Origin: an uncultured bacterium
GTDB lineage: Bacteria; Patescibacteriota; Minisyncoccia; UBA6257; 2-01-FULL-56-20
Assembly: GCA_963707865.1 (NCBI GenBank)
Contig: OY970175.1
Coordinates: 80,748-144,747 of the forward strand
Reading direction: 5' to 3'
DNA length: 64,000 nt
Translations under genes and position numbers: made by a program
Notes under the pieces: model-generated
Databases searched by the model: none
The model's input: the letters and a program-made list of their open reading frames with translations, nothing else
Told to the model about the DNA's origin: nothing
Part shown: positions 49,914 through 59,192 of the stretch, one piece after another
Layout: each line of letters starts with the position of its first letter
Position numbering within the stretch: the stretch's first letter is position 1

Positions 49914-50987
49914 TCACGGGCATGAGGGGGCGCCCGTGACGTCGAAAGTCACCTTTCCCCAATTCTCATCGAGTGACGTGAGGTTCCCCCCTGTGACTTT
50001 GACATGCGTACCGAACAAGGAATGTTCGAGATGCACTGAAATTGTGGGGGTGCACCTCGGTTTGTGTACTTGCGCTCTCCGCCGCGGCGCAGTCTTTTGC
50101 CGTGGCGTCGGTGTTGGTAAGGGTGGCGCGAGTAGTTGCACCTGACCGCTAACTTTAACGTTGAGGGTGGCCTCGCCCTCCAGCACGTGGTGGACGATTA
50201 TCTCCGAGGGCACCGTTGATTCCGAAGTTGATGGGGGCGGTGGCGGCGGAGGTGGCGGTGGCGGTTGAGGCGCATTTGTGTATCCCTCCGGCGGTGGCAG
50301 AACGTCCAGCGCGATTACGTAAGCCCTGGGCAATCGCCTGAGGTAGTTATTCTCATGACCTAATCCGGCACCTCCAGCGCCGCCTATGCCAGTGTTCCCG
50401 CTGGGAGCACCAGCACTTGACAGAGCAAAACCGAAAAGGCGCAGTTCTGCTACCGACATTATCCTGGCTCCAATGAATGCGATGAAGTTGTGCGCATTGG
50501 AACCCTGCTCTGCGAGCATGAGTGCTGTGGCGGCGTAGTGGATGTCGCCCCACATCTCTTTCTTCTTAGCTCGCAAAATAGTTGAGCCAAGTGATTGGCT
50601 CATATCCCATTTCACACAATTTACATAGATGTAGCCATCGGTGTTGGGGGAAAGTGTTTCGTTGTAGTGGGAATAAACCTCAATCCCCTTTATAGGAATT
50701 GCCAAAGCTGCAACTCTAGCTACTTTTATCTTCATACAGTTTCCGCCCCCAACATAATACCAGCTCTCATCGTTGGGGGGTTGGCCTGGGAATAACGCCG
50801 TGCCCGGTCCCTGCATCACCGGTGGGAATTGTCGGGCGGCCCCGTTGTAGTTAATAGTGGGGCTGGCAATTGCTGCCGAAGACGAATCCGCTCCCGCAGT
50901 CGCGCCTGGAGCCGGGTTCTGAGCCAGAGACGTCGTCCCAAACATCACTATCGCTATCACTACTATCACGAACAACCCTCTCTTCAT
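49914..50987 (-). CDS. Secreted protein with poly-Pro linker
   Basis: A signal peptide (MKRGLFVIVVIAIVMFGTTSLA), a GGAGGAG stretch and PPPPPPPPPPPP. An RBS (GGAGG) lies upstream of the ATG at 50987. Confidence 0.5.
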   Translation of the reverse strand: MKRGLFVIVVIAIVMFGTTSLAQNPAPGATAGADSSSAAIASPTINYNGAARQFPPVMQGPGTALFPGQPPNDESWYYVGGGNCMKIKVARVAALAIPIKGIEVYSHYNETLSPNTDGYIYVNCVKWDMSQSLGSTILRAKKKEMWGDIHYAATALMLAEQGSNAHNFIAFIGARIMSVAELRLFGFALSSAGAPSGNTGIGGAGGAGLGHENNYLRRLPRAYVIALDVLPPPEGYTNAPQPPPPPPPPPPPSTSESTVPSEIIVHHVLEGEATLNVKVSGQVQLLAPPLPTPTPRQKTAPRRRAQVHKPRCTPTISVHLEHSLFGTHVKVTGGNLTSLDENWGKVTFDVTGAPSCP

Positions 50988-51073
50988 GTTTGCCTCCTTC
51001 GAGTCGGTTTGAGGGGAGACGACAGCTACGGAGCTGCCGTCTCCTCCTTTTCTTTCTGTTCTTTCGGGCAGGC

Positions 51074-51676
51074 CTAATGGCCCTTCCCTTTCTGCACCTG
51101 TGCTTCCGCCGAGACGTGTGCCCCGGCTGACGAAGAGGTCGGCGAGAGGTTGGACCAAGTGTATCCCTCTGTGACGAGGGACAGACTGGCGCCGAGCCGC
51201 CCACCGCCGTCCGTTGTTTTCGAGTAATTGGCCCCAGCGTTACCTACACTGAGGCCCCCGGCGCAGATGCCGGTGGAACAATCCCCGACGTTGCCGACGG
51301 CCATTCCACCAACCGTTCCGGCAATGGTTATACTGCCACCCGTTCCATCTCTACCGAGCTTCACGCGGGCATCAGCGGTGCCGGTGCTCCCGAACGCCGA
51401 CTGACTTCCCGTTGCACTAGTAGTATTCGTGGCGCTGGCGTACCCCGCCACGTTCGCGACACCAGAAAGATGGCCAGGGGCAGACGCTGTGCCGGTAAAC
51501 AGAGCGCTGGTGGAACTTACAGACGAGGCTCCGTTCGCAGTGTCACCGGTTGTGAACCCGGTGACCTGTTGTACGCCGCCGCTTACCGAGGTTGGCGGTG
51601 GCGGCGGGTCTTGCGCTTGTGCAACAACTGCCCAAGTCGCAACGATAACGAAAACGGCCAACAAGATTCTCTTCAT
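51074..51676 (-). CDS. Secreted Gly/Ser/Thr/Ala-rich protein
   Basis: A signal peptide (MKRILLAVFVIVATWAVVAQA) followed by a low-complexity G/S/T/A-rich sequence. An RBS (GGAGG) is present. Confidence 0.5.
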   Translation of the reverse strand: MKRILLAVFVIVATWAVVAQAQDPPPPPTSVSGGVQQVTGFTTGDTANGASSVSSTSALFTGTASAPGHLSGVANVAGYASATNTTSATGSQSAFGSTGTADARVKLGRDGTGGSITIAGTVGGMAVGNVGDCSTGICAGGLSVGNAGANYSKTTDGGGRLGASLSLVTEGYTWSNLSPTSSSAGAHVSAEAQVQKGKGH

Positions 51677-51828
51677 GGGTAATATCCTCCAAATTTTCAT
51701 ATGCGGTTGTCAAAGATCGATCTTACCCGCGCGGAAGCATCCCAGAAAGGGTGCTTGCCCGCGCGGCAAGGATAACACATCCGCCCAAATTATGCAAGGG
51801 GACGTCTAGTTCGGTTACCTGCCGGTTT

Positions 51829-52077
51829 CTAACGTGTTTTTTTAGCCCGCACCTTCTTCGGCTTCGGTTTTGTAGTGGCTTTCGCGCGGCGCGTTTTGAA
51901 CTTCTCCACGCGGCCTGCAGTGTCTATTAATTTCTCTTCGCCCGTGTAGAACGGATGGCAATGGGAACAGATTTCTACCTTGATCTCTGCCTTCGTGGCG
52001 CCCACGGTGAACTTGTTGCCGCATGCACAGACGACATGGGCTTGGGGAAAATATGTCGGGTGAACATCCTTTTTCAT
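51829..52077 (-). CDS. rpmE: 50S ribosomal protein L31
   Basis: MKKDVHPTY...VCACG...[10 protein letters not shown], with a Lys-rich C-terminal extension. Confidence 0.85.
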   Translation of the reverse strand: MKKDVHPTYFPQAHVVCACGNKFTVGATKAEIKVEICSHCHPFYTGEEKLIDTAGRVEKFKTRRAKATTKPKPKKVRAKKTR

Positions 52078-52182
52078 ATGAGCGTATAGTAGCATGGGCG
52101 CAGGGCCTTCGTCAATTAAGAGGTTCAATACGAGATAGTTTTAGAGAGATTTAATCCCGATCGTGCACAATAAATGTGCGGT

Positions 52183-52257
52183 GGGGGTGGCGTAGCGCTG
52201 ACTCCGGCCCACCATCTGGAGTTCACGGGGTGCAAATCCCCGCACCTCCACCGCCTG
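52183..52257 (+). other. tRNA-like element (acceptor stem + T-arm, aberrant D/anticodon region); possible pseudo-tRNA
   Basis: GGGGGTG pairs with CACCTCC as an acceptor stem. A T-arm CGGGG-TGCAAAT-CCCCG sits directly 5' of the 3' acceptor strand, and ACC follows. No standard D-arm is present, and the single central hairpin has an 8-12 nt loop. Confidence 0.3.
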
Positions 52258-52280
52258 ACGGATAAGAAAAAGCATTGCGC

Positions 52281-52315
52281 TTGACAAATACGTTCGACCC
52301 GCGCTATAATGCCTA
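52281..52315 (+). promoter_or_regulatory. Consensus sigma70-like promoter (TTGACA-18-TATAAT)
   Basis: ttgacaaatacgttcgacccgcgctataat. A hairpin plus T-run (GACCCAGTAATGGGTCTTTT) lies downstream at 52361-52380, and a second TATAAT at 52393-52398 precedes tRNA-Thr. Confidence 0.5.
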
Positions 52316-52461
52316 TACAGATGGTGGGTTGGATTCAGCAATACGTTTGAACTCGCAAAGGACCCAGTAATGGGTCTTTTGCTCGCACGGGGGTATAATA
52401 AAAAACAAACACCTTTTCAGATTTCCTGAAATTTGGTAGGTTATCTCTGGGCACGTGGCGC

Positions 52462-52533
52462 GCCGGAGTAGCTCAATGGCAGAGCAATGCTTTCGTAAAG
52501 CAGAGGTTGGAGGTTCGACTCCTCTCTCCGGCT
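52462..52533 (+). tRNA. tRNA-Thr (anticodon CGT)
   Basis: Cloverleaf: acceptor GCCGGAG/CTCCGGC, anticodon loop TTCGTAA, T-loop TTCGACT. Confidence 0.75.
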
Positions 52534-52558
52534 CAAAGTCGAAAGTTTATTACTAAAC

Positions 52559-53609
52559 ATGAAAGAAGACATCAGACAGGAATTGCAGGAACTTGCGACC
52601 GATGCCCGCCGGTTAGGCGGGCGGCTTTGACCTGGCCGCAAAGGAAAAAAGAATAAAGGAGTTGGAGGCCGAGATGGCCGACGGAGCGTTTTGGAAGAAT
52701 CGTGCGGCGGCGGACGAAAAAATCCGCGAGCTTGGGATCTTAAACGAACTCGTCGCGCAATACCACGACATTGAAAATGGCATCGCGGCGCTCACAACTG
52801 CGACAGGGGTCGACAATTTTGACGAAGCGAAATTTTACGAACTGAAAAAGAAGTTCAAGGAATTTGAACTGAAGCGGCTGTTTACCGGGCGCTATGACGT
52901 ACAGGCGGCAGTGCTCGCGGTTTATCCCGGCGCGGGCGGCGAGGATGCAGAGGACTGGGCACGGATGTTGGGCGTTATGTACGAAAATTATGCAAAGCGC
53001 CGCGGATGGAAACTGCGGGTGATTGATGACAACATCCGCTCGCGGACAGTGGAAATAAAAGGGGATTACGCTTATGGATATTTAAAGAAAGAATCCGGTG
53101 TCCACCGCCTTGTGCGTATCTCGCCGTTCTCGCCGAAAAAACTGCGGCACACGTCGTTCGCGCTCGTGGAAGTAATTCCGGATTTGCCGCCGCTTGAAGA
53201 ATCAAAACTGCAGGTCCCGGAAAAGGATCTTAAGTTTGAATTCTATCGCTCGGGCGGTCCGGGGGGACAGAACGTGAACAAGGTGGAGACGGCGGTGCGC
53301 GTAGTGCATCTCCCGACCGGACTCACCGTGAGTTCGCAAGCGCAGCGCGCACAGGCGCAGAACCGCGAATATGCGCTCAAACTCCTCAAAGCGAAGCTTT
53401 TCAATCTGATGGAGAAGGAAAAGGTGAGCGAGATCGGCGCGTTGCGCGTGAAGGTAAAACCCGAGTGGGGGAACCAGCTCCGTTCATACGTGCTGAACCC
53501 TTACCAGATGGTGAAGGATCACCGCACGGAGGCGGAAACGGCGAAAGTGGACGCAGTGCTCGCGGGCGACTTGGACCTGTTCATTGAAGCAGAGCTTGAA
53601 ATGTTATAG
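52559..53609 (+). CDS. prfB: Peptide chain release factor 2 with programmed +1 frameshift
   Basis: Frame 0 is ATG 52559 ... CTT TGA (52625-52630), and the +1 frame continues from GAC 52629 into the 52662..53609 ORF. The SPF motif (RISPFSP) and GGQ are present. An SD-like AGGCGGG precedes the CTT TGA C shift site. Confidence 0.85.
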
Positions 53610-53632
53610 AATACAAACTGACAGCGAATTTT

Positions 53633-54316
53633 ATGATCGTTTTCCAAACAGTTTCAAAGCATTATAACCACGAAGCCACGGCGCTGGAGGAAGTGTCATT
53701 CCAGATTGATCCGGGAGAATTCGTATCACTCGCGGGCAGATCGGGTGCGGGGAAGTCCACTGTCATCAAACTTCTGATCGGCGAGGAAAAACCCACGAGA
53801 GGGCGGATATTTTTCGGGCAGTACGAAGTGAGCAAATTGGAGGATAAGGAACTGCCTGCCTTCCGGCGGCATATCGGCGTCGTATTCCAGGACTTCCGGC
53901 TTCTCCCGACCAAAAACGCGTATGAAAACGTGGCGTTCGCGCTTGAGGTGGCGGGGCGACCGCAGCGGGAGATTGCGGAGCTCGTTCCTCAAGTGCTGGA
54001 CATGGTAGGATTGGGGGATAAGATGAAAAACTTTCCGGGCGAACTTTCAGGCGGCGAACGGCAGCGCGTGGCGATCGCGCGGGCAATGATCCACCGGCCG
54101 GAAGTCGTGATCGCCGACGAGCCGACGGGCAACCTCGACCCGTTTCATACGTTTGAAATCGTGAAGCTTTTGGAGAAGATCAACCAGCTCGGTACGACGG
54201 TCGTGCTTGCGACCCACGACAAGGAAGTGATCAATAGTCTGGAGAGGAGGGTGATCACACTGGACCGCGGACGGCTCATCCGCGACGAGCAAAAGGGGAA
54301 GTATATCCTGGTGTGA
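53633..54316 (+). CDS. ftsE: Cell division ATP-binding protein FtsE
   Basis: GRSGAGKST Walker [15 protein letters not shown] signature, DEPTGNLD Walker B. Confidence 0.9.
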   Translation: MIVFQTVSKHYNHEATALEEVSFQIDPGEFVSLAGRSGAGKSTVIKLLIGEEKPTRGRIFFGQYEVSKLEDKELPAFRRHIGVVFQDFRLLPTKNAYENVAFALEVAGRPQREIAELVPQVLDMVGLGDKMKNFPGELSGGERQRVAIARAMIHRPEVVIADEPTGNLDPFHTFEIVKLLEKINQLGTTVVLATHDKEVINSLERRVITLDRGRLIRDEQKGKYILV

Positions 54317-54360
54317 AATTTCTAATTTCTAATGACTAATTTCTAATGACCAACGTCTAA

Positions 54361-55272
54361 ATGATTACAGTAATTTCGCGCATTTTCCAATTCGGGCTGA
54401 AGAACTTCCGGCGGAACGGGTGGCTTTCCATGGCTACGATAGCCATCATGACGGTTGCGCTTTTCGTATTCGGTTCACTCATCATTTTCGGCGTGATCAC
54501 CGACCGCGCCGCCTCCTCCATCCAAGACAAGATTGACATCAGCGTATATTTCAACACGAACACTTCCGAGGACCAGATTTTGAACATTCAGCAGTCGCTT
54601 GAGGGATTGTCGGAGGTGCAGAGTGTGAATTATGTTTCGCGCGATCAGGCGCTCGCGATCTTCAAGCAAAACCACGCGAACGATCCGACCGTGAGCCAGG
54701 CGATCAACGAGCTTGATACGAATCCGCTTGAAGCATCGCTCAACGTCAAAGCGAAGGATCCGAGCCAGTATGCAGCAATCGCGCAATATTTGAGTTCGCC
54801 AGACATCACACAGTACCTTGATGGCCAGCCGAGCTATTACAACAACCAGACCGTGATTGAAAGGCTTGCAAAGATCGTAAAGATGGTGGAGACCGGCGGA
54901 TTTGTCATCGCGCTGCTCCTTGCGATCATTGCCGGACTTGTCGCATTCAACACTATCCGGCTTGCTATCTATTCCAACCGCGAGGAAATCGGTGTCATGC
55001 GCGTGGTGGGCGCTTCCAATGCCCTCGTGCGCGGACCGTATGTGGTGGAGGGCGTGCTCTGTGGCGCGATCTCAACGGTCATCAGCTTGATTCTGATCGC
55101 GCCCATACTCTATTTCGTTTCGCCGTATCTTGACGTATTTATCCCCGGCCTAAGCATTTTTCAGTACTTCTATAGCCATATCCTACGGTTTCTCCTTTAC
55201 GAACTTCTCTTCGGCGTTGTGATCGGCGGACTTTCCAGCTTCATCGCGGTGAGGCGGTACCTGAGAAACTAG
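54361..55272 (+). CDS. ftsX: Cell division permease FtsX
   Basis: Has the N-terminal TM helix, periplasmic domain and three C-terminal TM helices of FtsX. It follows ftsE. Confidence 0.85.
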   Translation: MITVISRIFQFGLKNFRRNGWLSMATIAIMTVALFVFGSLIIFGVITDRAASSIQDKIDISVYFNTNTSEDQILNIQQSLEGLSEVQSVNYVSRDQALAIFKQNHANDPTVSQAINELDTNPLEASLNVKAKDPSQYAAIAQYLSSPDITQYLDGQPSYYNNQTVIERLAKIVKMVETGGFVIALLLAIIAGLVAFNTIRLAIYSNREEIGVMRVVGASNALVRGPYVVEGVLCGAISTVISLILIAPILYFVSPYLDVFIPGLSIFQYFYSHILRFLLYELLFGVVIGGLSSFIAVRRYLRN

Positions 55273-55299
55273 CCCTGCGATACTGCTTTTGGGAGCCAG

Positions 55300-55330
55300 A
55301 ATAAAATCCCTCCTGCGGGGATTTTTTCTT
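55300..55330 (+). terminator. Intrinsic terminator after ftsX
   Basis: AAAATCCC-TCCTGC-GGGGATTTTTT. Confidence 0.55.
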
Positions 55331-55682
55331 GCCGCTCGCCCCGATTGCCGAAATGCACGCAATGGCATTTCGGACCAAGCCAATCGGGGCTGCGCGATCC
55401 TCCCCAAAGCAGTATCGCAAGGCTGTTTATCCGTTTCCGTTGTAAGCGATCGGTTCCACAGCGCGTCTGTATCCATGTATAATAAAACCAAGATCGTATG
55501 AAAAATCATGCGAAAGTGGGAAATCGGCCGGGGCGGCCGGCATATCGGACGGCATCGCAGTTCAGATATCGGAAATATACGAATACGCTCAAAGCAAAGA
55601 CAAGCGGAAAGCGGGTTTTATTAAAAAATCGTTAAACAAGGGGATTTTTACATTCCACAATTTTCTGCTATAATTCCCTCGT

Positions 55683-56444
55683 ATGTTGCAGATTTCCCTT
55701 CGCGCGGAAGAGATTTTTCGTGTCGGGAGCTTCCCGGTGACGAATGCGGTTCTCCTGGCCGTACTTGTTCTTGTGCTTTTGACCGTGGTAGCGGTCGTGT
55801 TGCGGCGCAAGTTTTCTTTTATTCCCGGACATGCGCAGGGCATCATGGAGATACTCCTTGAAGGCGCCCTCGGACTCATGGGCTCCGTGCTCGGCAGCCG
55901 GAAAAAGGCGGAAAAATACATGCCACTCGTGTTCACGGTCTTCTTTTTCATTTTATGCTCAAACTGGCTCGGGCTTTTCCCCGGGGTGAGCTCCATCGTG
56001 GTCCACCAAGGGAGCGAGTCGGTCCCGCTCCTGCGTTCGCCCGCGAGCGACCTTAACTTTACGCTAGCGCTCGCGCTCATCGCGGTCACCTTCGCGAACG
56101 CGTTCGGCGTCGCAGCGGTGGGATTAAAGGCGCGCCTTTCGGTTTTCTTCAATTTCAAGGGACCCATAGACTTTTTCGTGGGCATCCTTGAACTTGTCTC
56201 AGAATTTGCTAAGATTATTTCGTTCTCATTCCGGCTCTTCGGGAACATTTTTGCGGGGGAGGTGCTTCTGGCCATCATGGCCTTTTTGGTACCGTATCTG
56301 GCGCCACTGCCCTTCATGTTTCTGGAGATCTTCGTCGGGTTCATCCAGGCGTTCATCTTCGGGATGCTTACCCTCGTGTTCGTCGCCATTGCGGTCTCGC
56401 ACGGCGAAGATTTTGACGAACACGCCGTCGAAAAGGTCGCATAA
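55683..56444 (+). CDS. atpB: ATP synthase F0 subunit a
   Basis: Five TM helices and the conserved Arg region of subunit a (LSFRLFGNIFAGE). A TATAAT lies at about 55662 upstream. Confidence 0.9.
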   Translation: MLQISLRAEEIFRVGSFPVTNAVLLAVLVLVLLTVVAVVLRRKFSFIPGHAQGIMEILLEGALGLMGSVLGSRKKAEKYMPLVFTVFFFILCSNWLGLFPGVSSIVVHQGSESVPLLRSPASDLNFTLALALIAVTFANAFGVAAVGLKARLSVFFNFKGPIDFFVGILELVSEFAKIISFSFRLFGNIFAGEVLLAIMAFLVPYLAPLPFMFLEIFVGFIQAFIFGMLTLVFVAIAVSHGEDFDEHAVEKVA

Positions 56445-56467
56445 ACTTCATTCAAAAACAATTACGC

Positions 56468-56695
56468 ATGGACGTTAACAGTATTCGGCTTCTTGCCACA
56501 TTCGGCGCCATCGGCATGGGCACCATCGTGCCCGCGATCGCGATCGGCTGGATCGGTTCAAAGGCGGTGGATGCGATCGGGAGGAATCCCGAAGCGGCGA
56601 CCAAGGTGCAAACGATGGCGATCCTGGCCATCGCGTTCGCGGAAGCCATCGCGATCTATTCGCTTGTCATTGCCCTCATCATCCAGTTCGTATAA
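56468..56695 (+). CDS. atpE: ATP synthase F0 subunit c
   Basis: A 75-aa hairpin protein with a GRNPE loop and the conserved carboxylate (E) in helix 2 (AIAFAEAIAIYSL). Confidence 0.9.
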   Translation: MDVNSIRLLATFGAIGMGTIVPAIAIGWIGSKAVDAIGRNPEAATKVQTMAILAIAFAEAIAIYSLVIALIIQFV

Positions 56696-56721
56696 CAGAC
56701 TAGCAGCGAGAATTAGGCCTT

Positions 56722-57225
56722 ATGCAACAATTGTTTTCACAACTTGGCATTGACTGGCACCTGCTCTTGAGTCAGGCGGTCAATTTTTTCCTGCTTCTCG
56801 CGGTCCTGCGGATTTTCGTTTACAAGCCGCTTTTGAAGCTTCTGCATGACCGGCGGGCAAGGATTGAGGAGGGGCTTACGAAGGCCGACGAGGCCGACCG
56901 GCGCCTCGCGGAAGTGGAGGAGATCGGCAAAGGGAAAATAAAAGAGGCGGAAGTGCAGGCGGTCGGCATTCTCAAGAAGACCGAGACCGATGCGAAGGGA
57001 CTTGAAGCGAAGATGCTCGCCGAGGCGAAGCGCAAAGAAGCGGAAGCGATGCGGGACATGGGTGAACGCGTTCGGGCCAAGGAAGAGGACGCGAGAAAAG
57101 CAATGGACAAGGAAGCCGCGGCGCTCGTGCGGCGCGCCATCGCAAAAACCGTGGAAATGTCGCCGGAGAAAATTGATGATACCTTGATCGCGAAGGCGGT
57201 GGAAGAAGCAAAACGAACCACATGA
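56722..57225 (+). CDS. atpF: ATP synthase F0 subunit b
   Basis: An N-terminal TM helix followed by a long charged helix (AEAKRKEAEA...). Confidence 0.8.
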   Translation: MQQLFSQLGIDWHLLLSQAVNFFLLLAVLRIFVYKPLLKLLHDRRARIEEGLTKADEADRRLAEVEEIGKGKIKEAEVQAVGILKKTETDAKGLEAKMLAEAKRKEAEAMRDMGERVRAKEEDARKAMDKEAAALVRRAIAKTVEMSPEKIDDTLIAKAVEEAKRTT

Positions 57226-57617
57226 AATACCCCGCTCACATTTATGCGAAAGCGCTTGCCGAGGTAATCGTGGCGACGCAAGGGAAGAGTGGCGCAGCGC
57301 AGGACGCGATTGTGGCGCGGTTCATTGCACTTGTACGAAGGAATGGCGATGAATCGCATTTGCGCAAGTTGGTGGAAGAAGCGGCGCGATTCGTGAGGGG
57401 GAAGCGTGGCGTGCGGAAGGTAACCATAGCAACGGCAAGGCCGCTTTCCGCGGCGCAGAGGAAAGTGTTTCAGGAACTCATAAAGTCGGGAGATGTCGTT
57501 GAGGAACAAATGAACCCGGAGCTTGTGGCGGGAGTAAGGATTATGATCAACGACGAGCTTCAATTTGATGGTTCACTGAAGGGAAAGCTCGATAAATTGT
57601 TAATGTCTAATTTCTGA
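57222..57617 (+). CDS. atpH: ATP synthase F1 delta subunit (short form)
   Basis: Its position between b and alpha and an OSCP-like helical N-domain support the call. It overlaps the upstream gene (ATGA). Confidence 0.7.
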   Translation: MKYPAHIYAKALAEVIVATQGKSGAAQDAIVARFIALVRRNGDESHLRKLVEEAARFVRGKRGVRKVTIATARPLSAAQRKVFQELIKSGDVVEEQMNPELVAGVRIMINDELQFDGSLKGKLDKLLMSNF

Positions 57618-57665
57618 TATCGAATGTTCAATTGGTCATTAGAAATTAAGCATTAGAAATTCACC

Positions 57666-59192
57666 ATGTCTTACGAAATAATAGAAAAATTAAAACGGGA
57701 GATCGAGGGATACAAAGAAAAGCTTGAATGGCAAGAAATCGGCCGCGTGATTGAGGTCGGGGACGGCATCGTGAAAATCCTCGGCCTGCGGAATGCCGTG
57801 AGCCAGGAGATTTTGAACATTGAAACCCCGCACGGCGTGCGCACGGCGCTTGCGCTCAGCCTTGAGGAGGAATCCATCGGCGCTCTGGTGCTTGATGATT
57901 TTTTGGCGATCGAGGTCGGGAACACAGTGAAGCGCACCGGCCAGGTGCTCTCTATTGAGGTGGGCGAGGAACTTATCGGGCGCGTGGTGAATCCCTTGGG
58001 TATGCCCCTTGATGGGCGCGGACCCATTTTTAAAACCAACGAGAAGCCGGCGCGGAATCCGCTGGAGGCAAGAGCGCCCTCAGTTCTGGAGCGCGAATCG
58101 GTGAATACGCCGCTCCATACGGGGCTGAAAGCCATTGACTCTATGATCCCGATTGGTCGTGGCCAGCGTGAGCTTATCATCGGCGACCGACAGGTGGGGA
58201 AAACGGCGCTTGCGTTGGACACTATTTTGAATCAATTGAACGATAAAACGCGGCGCACACCAATTTGCATTTACGTAGCGATCGGCCAGAAAGAATCCAA
58301 GATTGTGAAAATCGCGGAGACGCTCAAAAAATTTGATGCTCTGAAGTACAGCATCATCATTTCCGCGTCGGCATCATCGCCCGCGGCGCTGTGGTATCTG
58401 GCTCCCTACGCCGGGTGCGCGATTGGCGAATATTTTAGAGACAAGGGCATGGATGCGCTCGTCGTATACGACGACCTTTCAAAGCATGCATGGGCATACC
58501 GGCAGATTTCGCTCCTGCTCCGGCGCCCGCCAGGCCGCGAGGCATATCCGGGCGACATTTTCTACCTGCACTCGCGTTTGCTTGAGCGTGCCGCGAAACT
58601 CTCCAAGGAAAAAGGCAGCGGATCCTTGACGGCGCTGCCAATCGTTGAGACGCAGCTCGGCGACGTGACGGCATATATTCCGACCAACATCATTTCCATC
58701 ACGGATGGCCAAATTTATCTGGAGTCGGACCTCTTTTACCAGGGCTTGCGACCGGCACTCAACGTCGGTATTTCCGTATCGCGCGTGGGTTCCGCCGCAC
58801 AGACGAAAGCGATGAAAAAAGTGGCAGGCAAATTGCGTTTGGCCCACGCGCAATTCCGCGAGCTCCAGGCGTTCGTTCAGTTCGCGACCGACGTGGATGA
58901 AGCGACGAAAAAGAAAATCGCGCAAGGCCAGAAAATCAACGAGGTTTTGAAGCAGGAAGACCTCGCGCCCGTGCCGTTTGAGAAGCAGGTGTGCATCTTC
59001 TACGCGGTGCTCAACAACTATTTTGAGAACGTTGCAGTGGAAGACATCAAAAAAACCGAAGATGGCTTGCTGGACTATTTGGAAAAACTTCACGAAAACG
59101 ACATTCTAAAACCGATCCGCGATACCGGCGATTTCTCCGACGCAACGGAAGCGAAATTAAAAGAAGCTACCATGCGCTTCCTCACCAAATAA
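57666..59192 (+). CDS. atpA: ATP synthase F1 alpha subunit
   Basis: GDRQVGKT Walker A, and 508 aa. Confidence 0.95.
   Translation: MSYEIIEKLKREIEGYKEKLEWQEIGRVIEVGDGIVKILGLRNAVSQEILNIETPHGVRTALALSLEEESIGALVLDDFLAIEVGNTVKRTGQVLSIEVGEELIGRVVNPLGMPLDGRGPIFKTNEKPARNPLEARAPSVLERESVNTPLHTGLKAIDSMIPIGRGQRELIIGDRQVGKTALALDTILNQLNDKTRRTPICIYVAIGQKESKIVKIAETLKKFDALKYSIIISASASSPAALWYLAPYAGCAIGEYFRDKGMDALVVYDDLSKHAWAYRQISLLLRRPPGREAYPGDIFYLHSRLLERAAKLSKEKGSGSLTALPIVETQLGDVTAYIPTNIISITDGQIYLESDLFYQGLRPALNVGISVSRVGSAAQTKAMKKVAGKLRLAHAQFRELQAFVQFATDVDEATKKKIAQGQKINEVLKQEDLAPVPFEKQVCIFYAVLNNYFENVAVEDIKKTEDGLLDYLEKLHENDILKPIRDTGDFSDATEAKLKEATMRFLTK

Noticed and set aside
52183-52257. Calling this a bona fide tRNA gene
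   Set aside because: The acceptor stem and T-arm are present, but no D-arm and no 7-nt anticodon loop could be folded. It is kept as a tRNA-like element or pseudo-tRNA only.
55289-55501. 70-aa ORF in the ftsX-atpB spacer
   Set aside because: It overlaps the terminator and nested palindromes and has no RBS. It is a by-product of the palindromic element.
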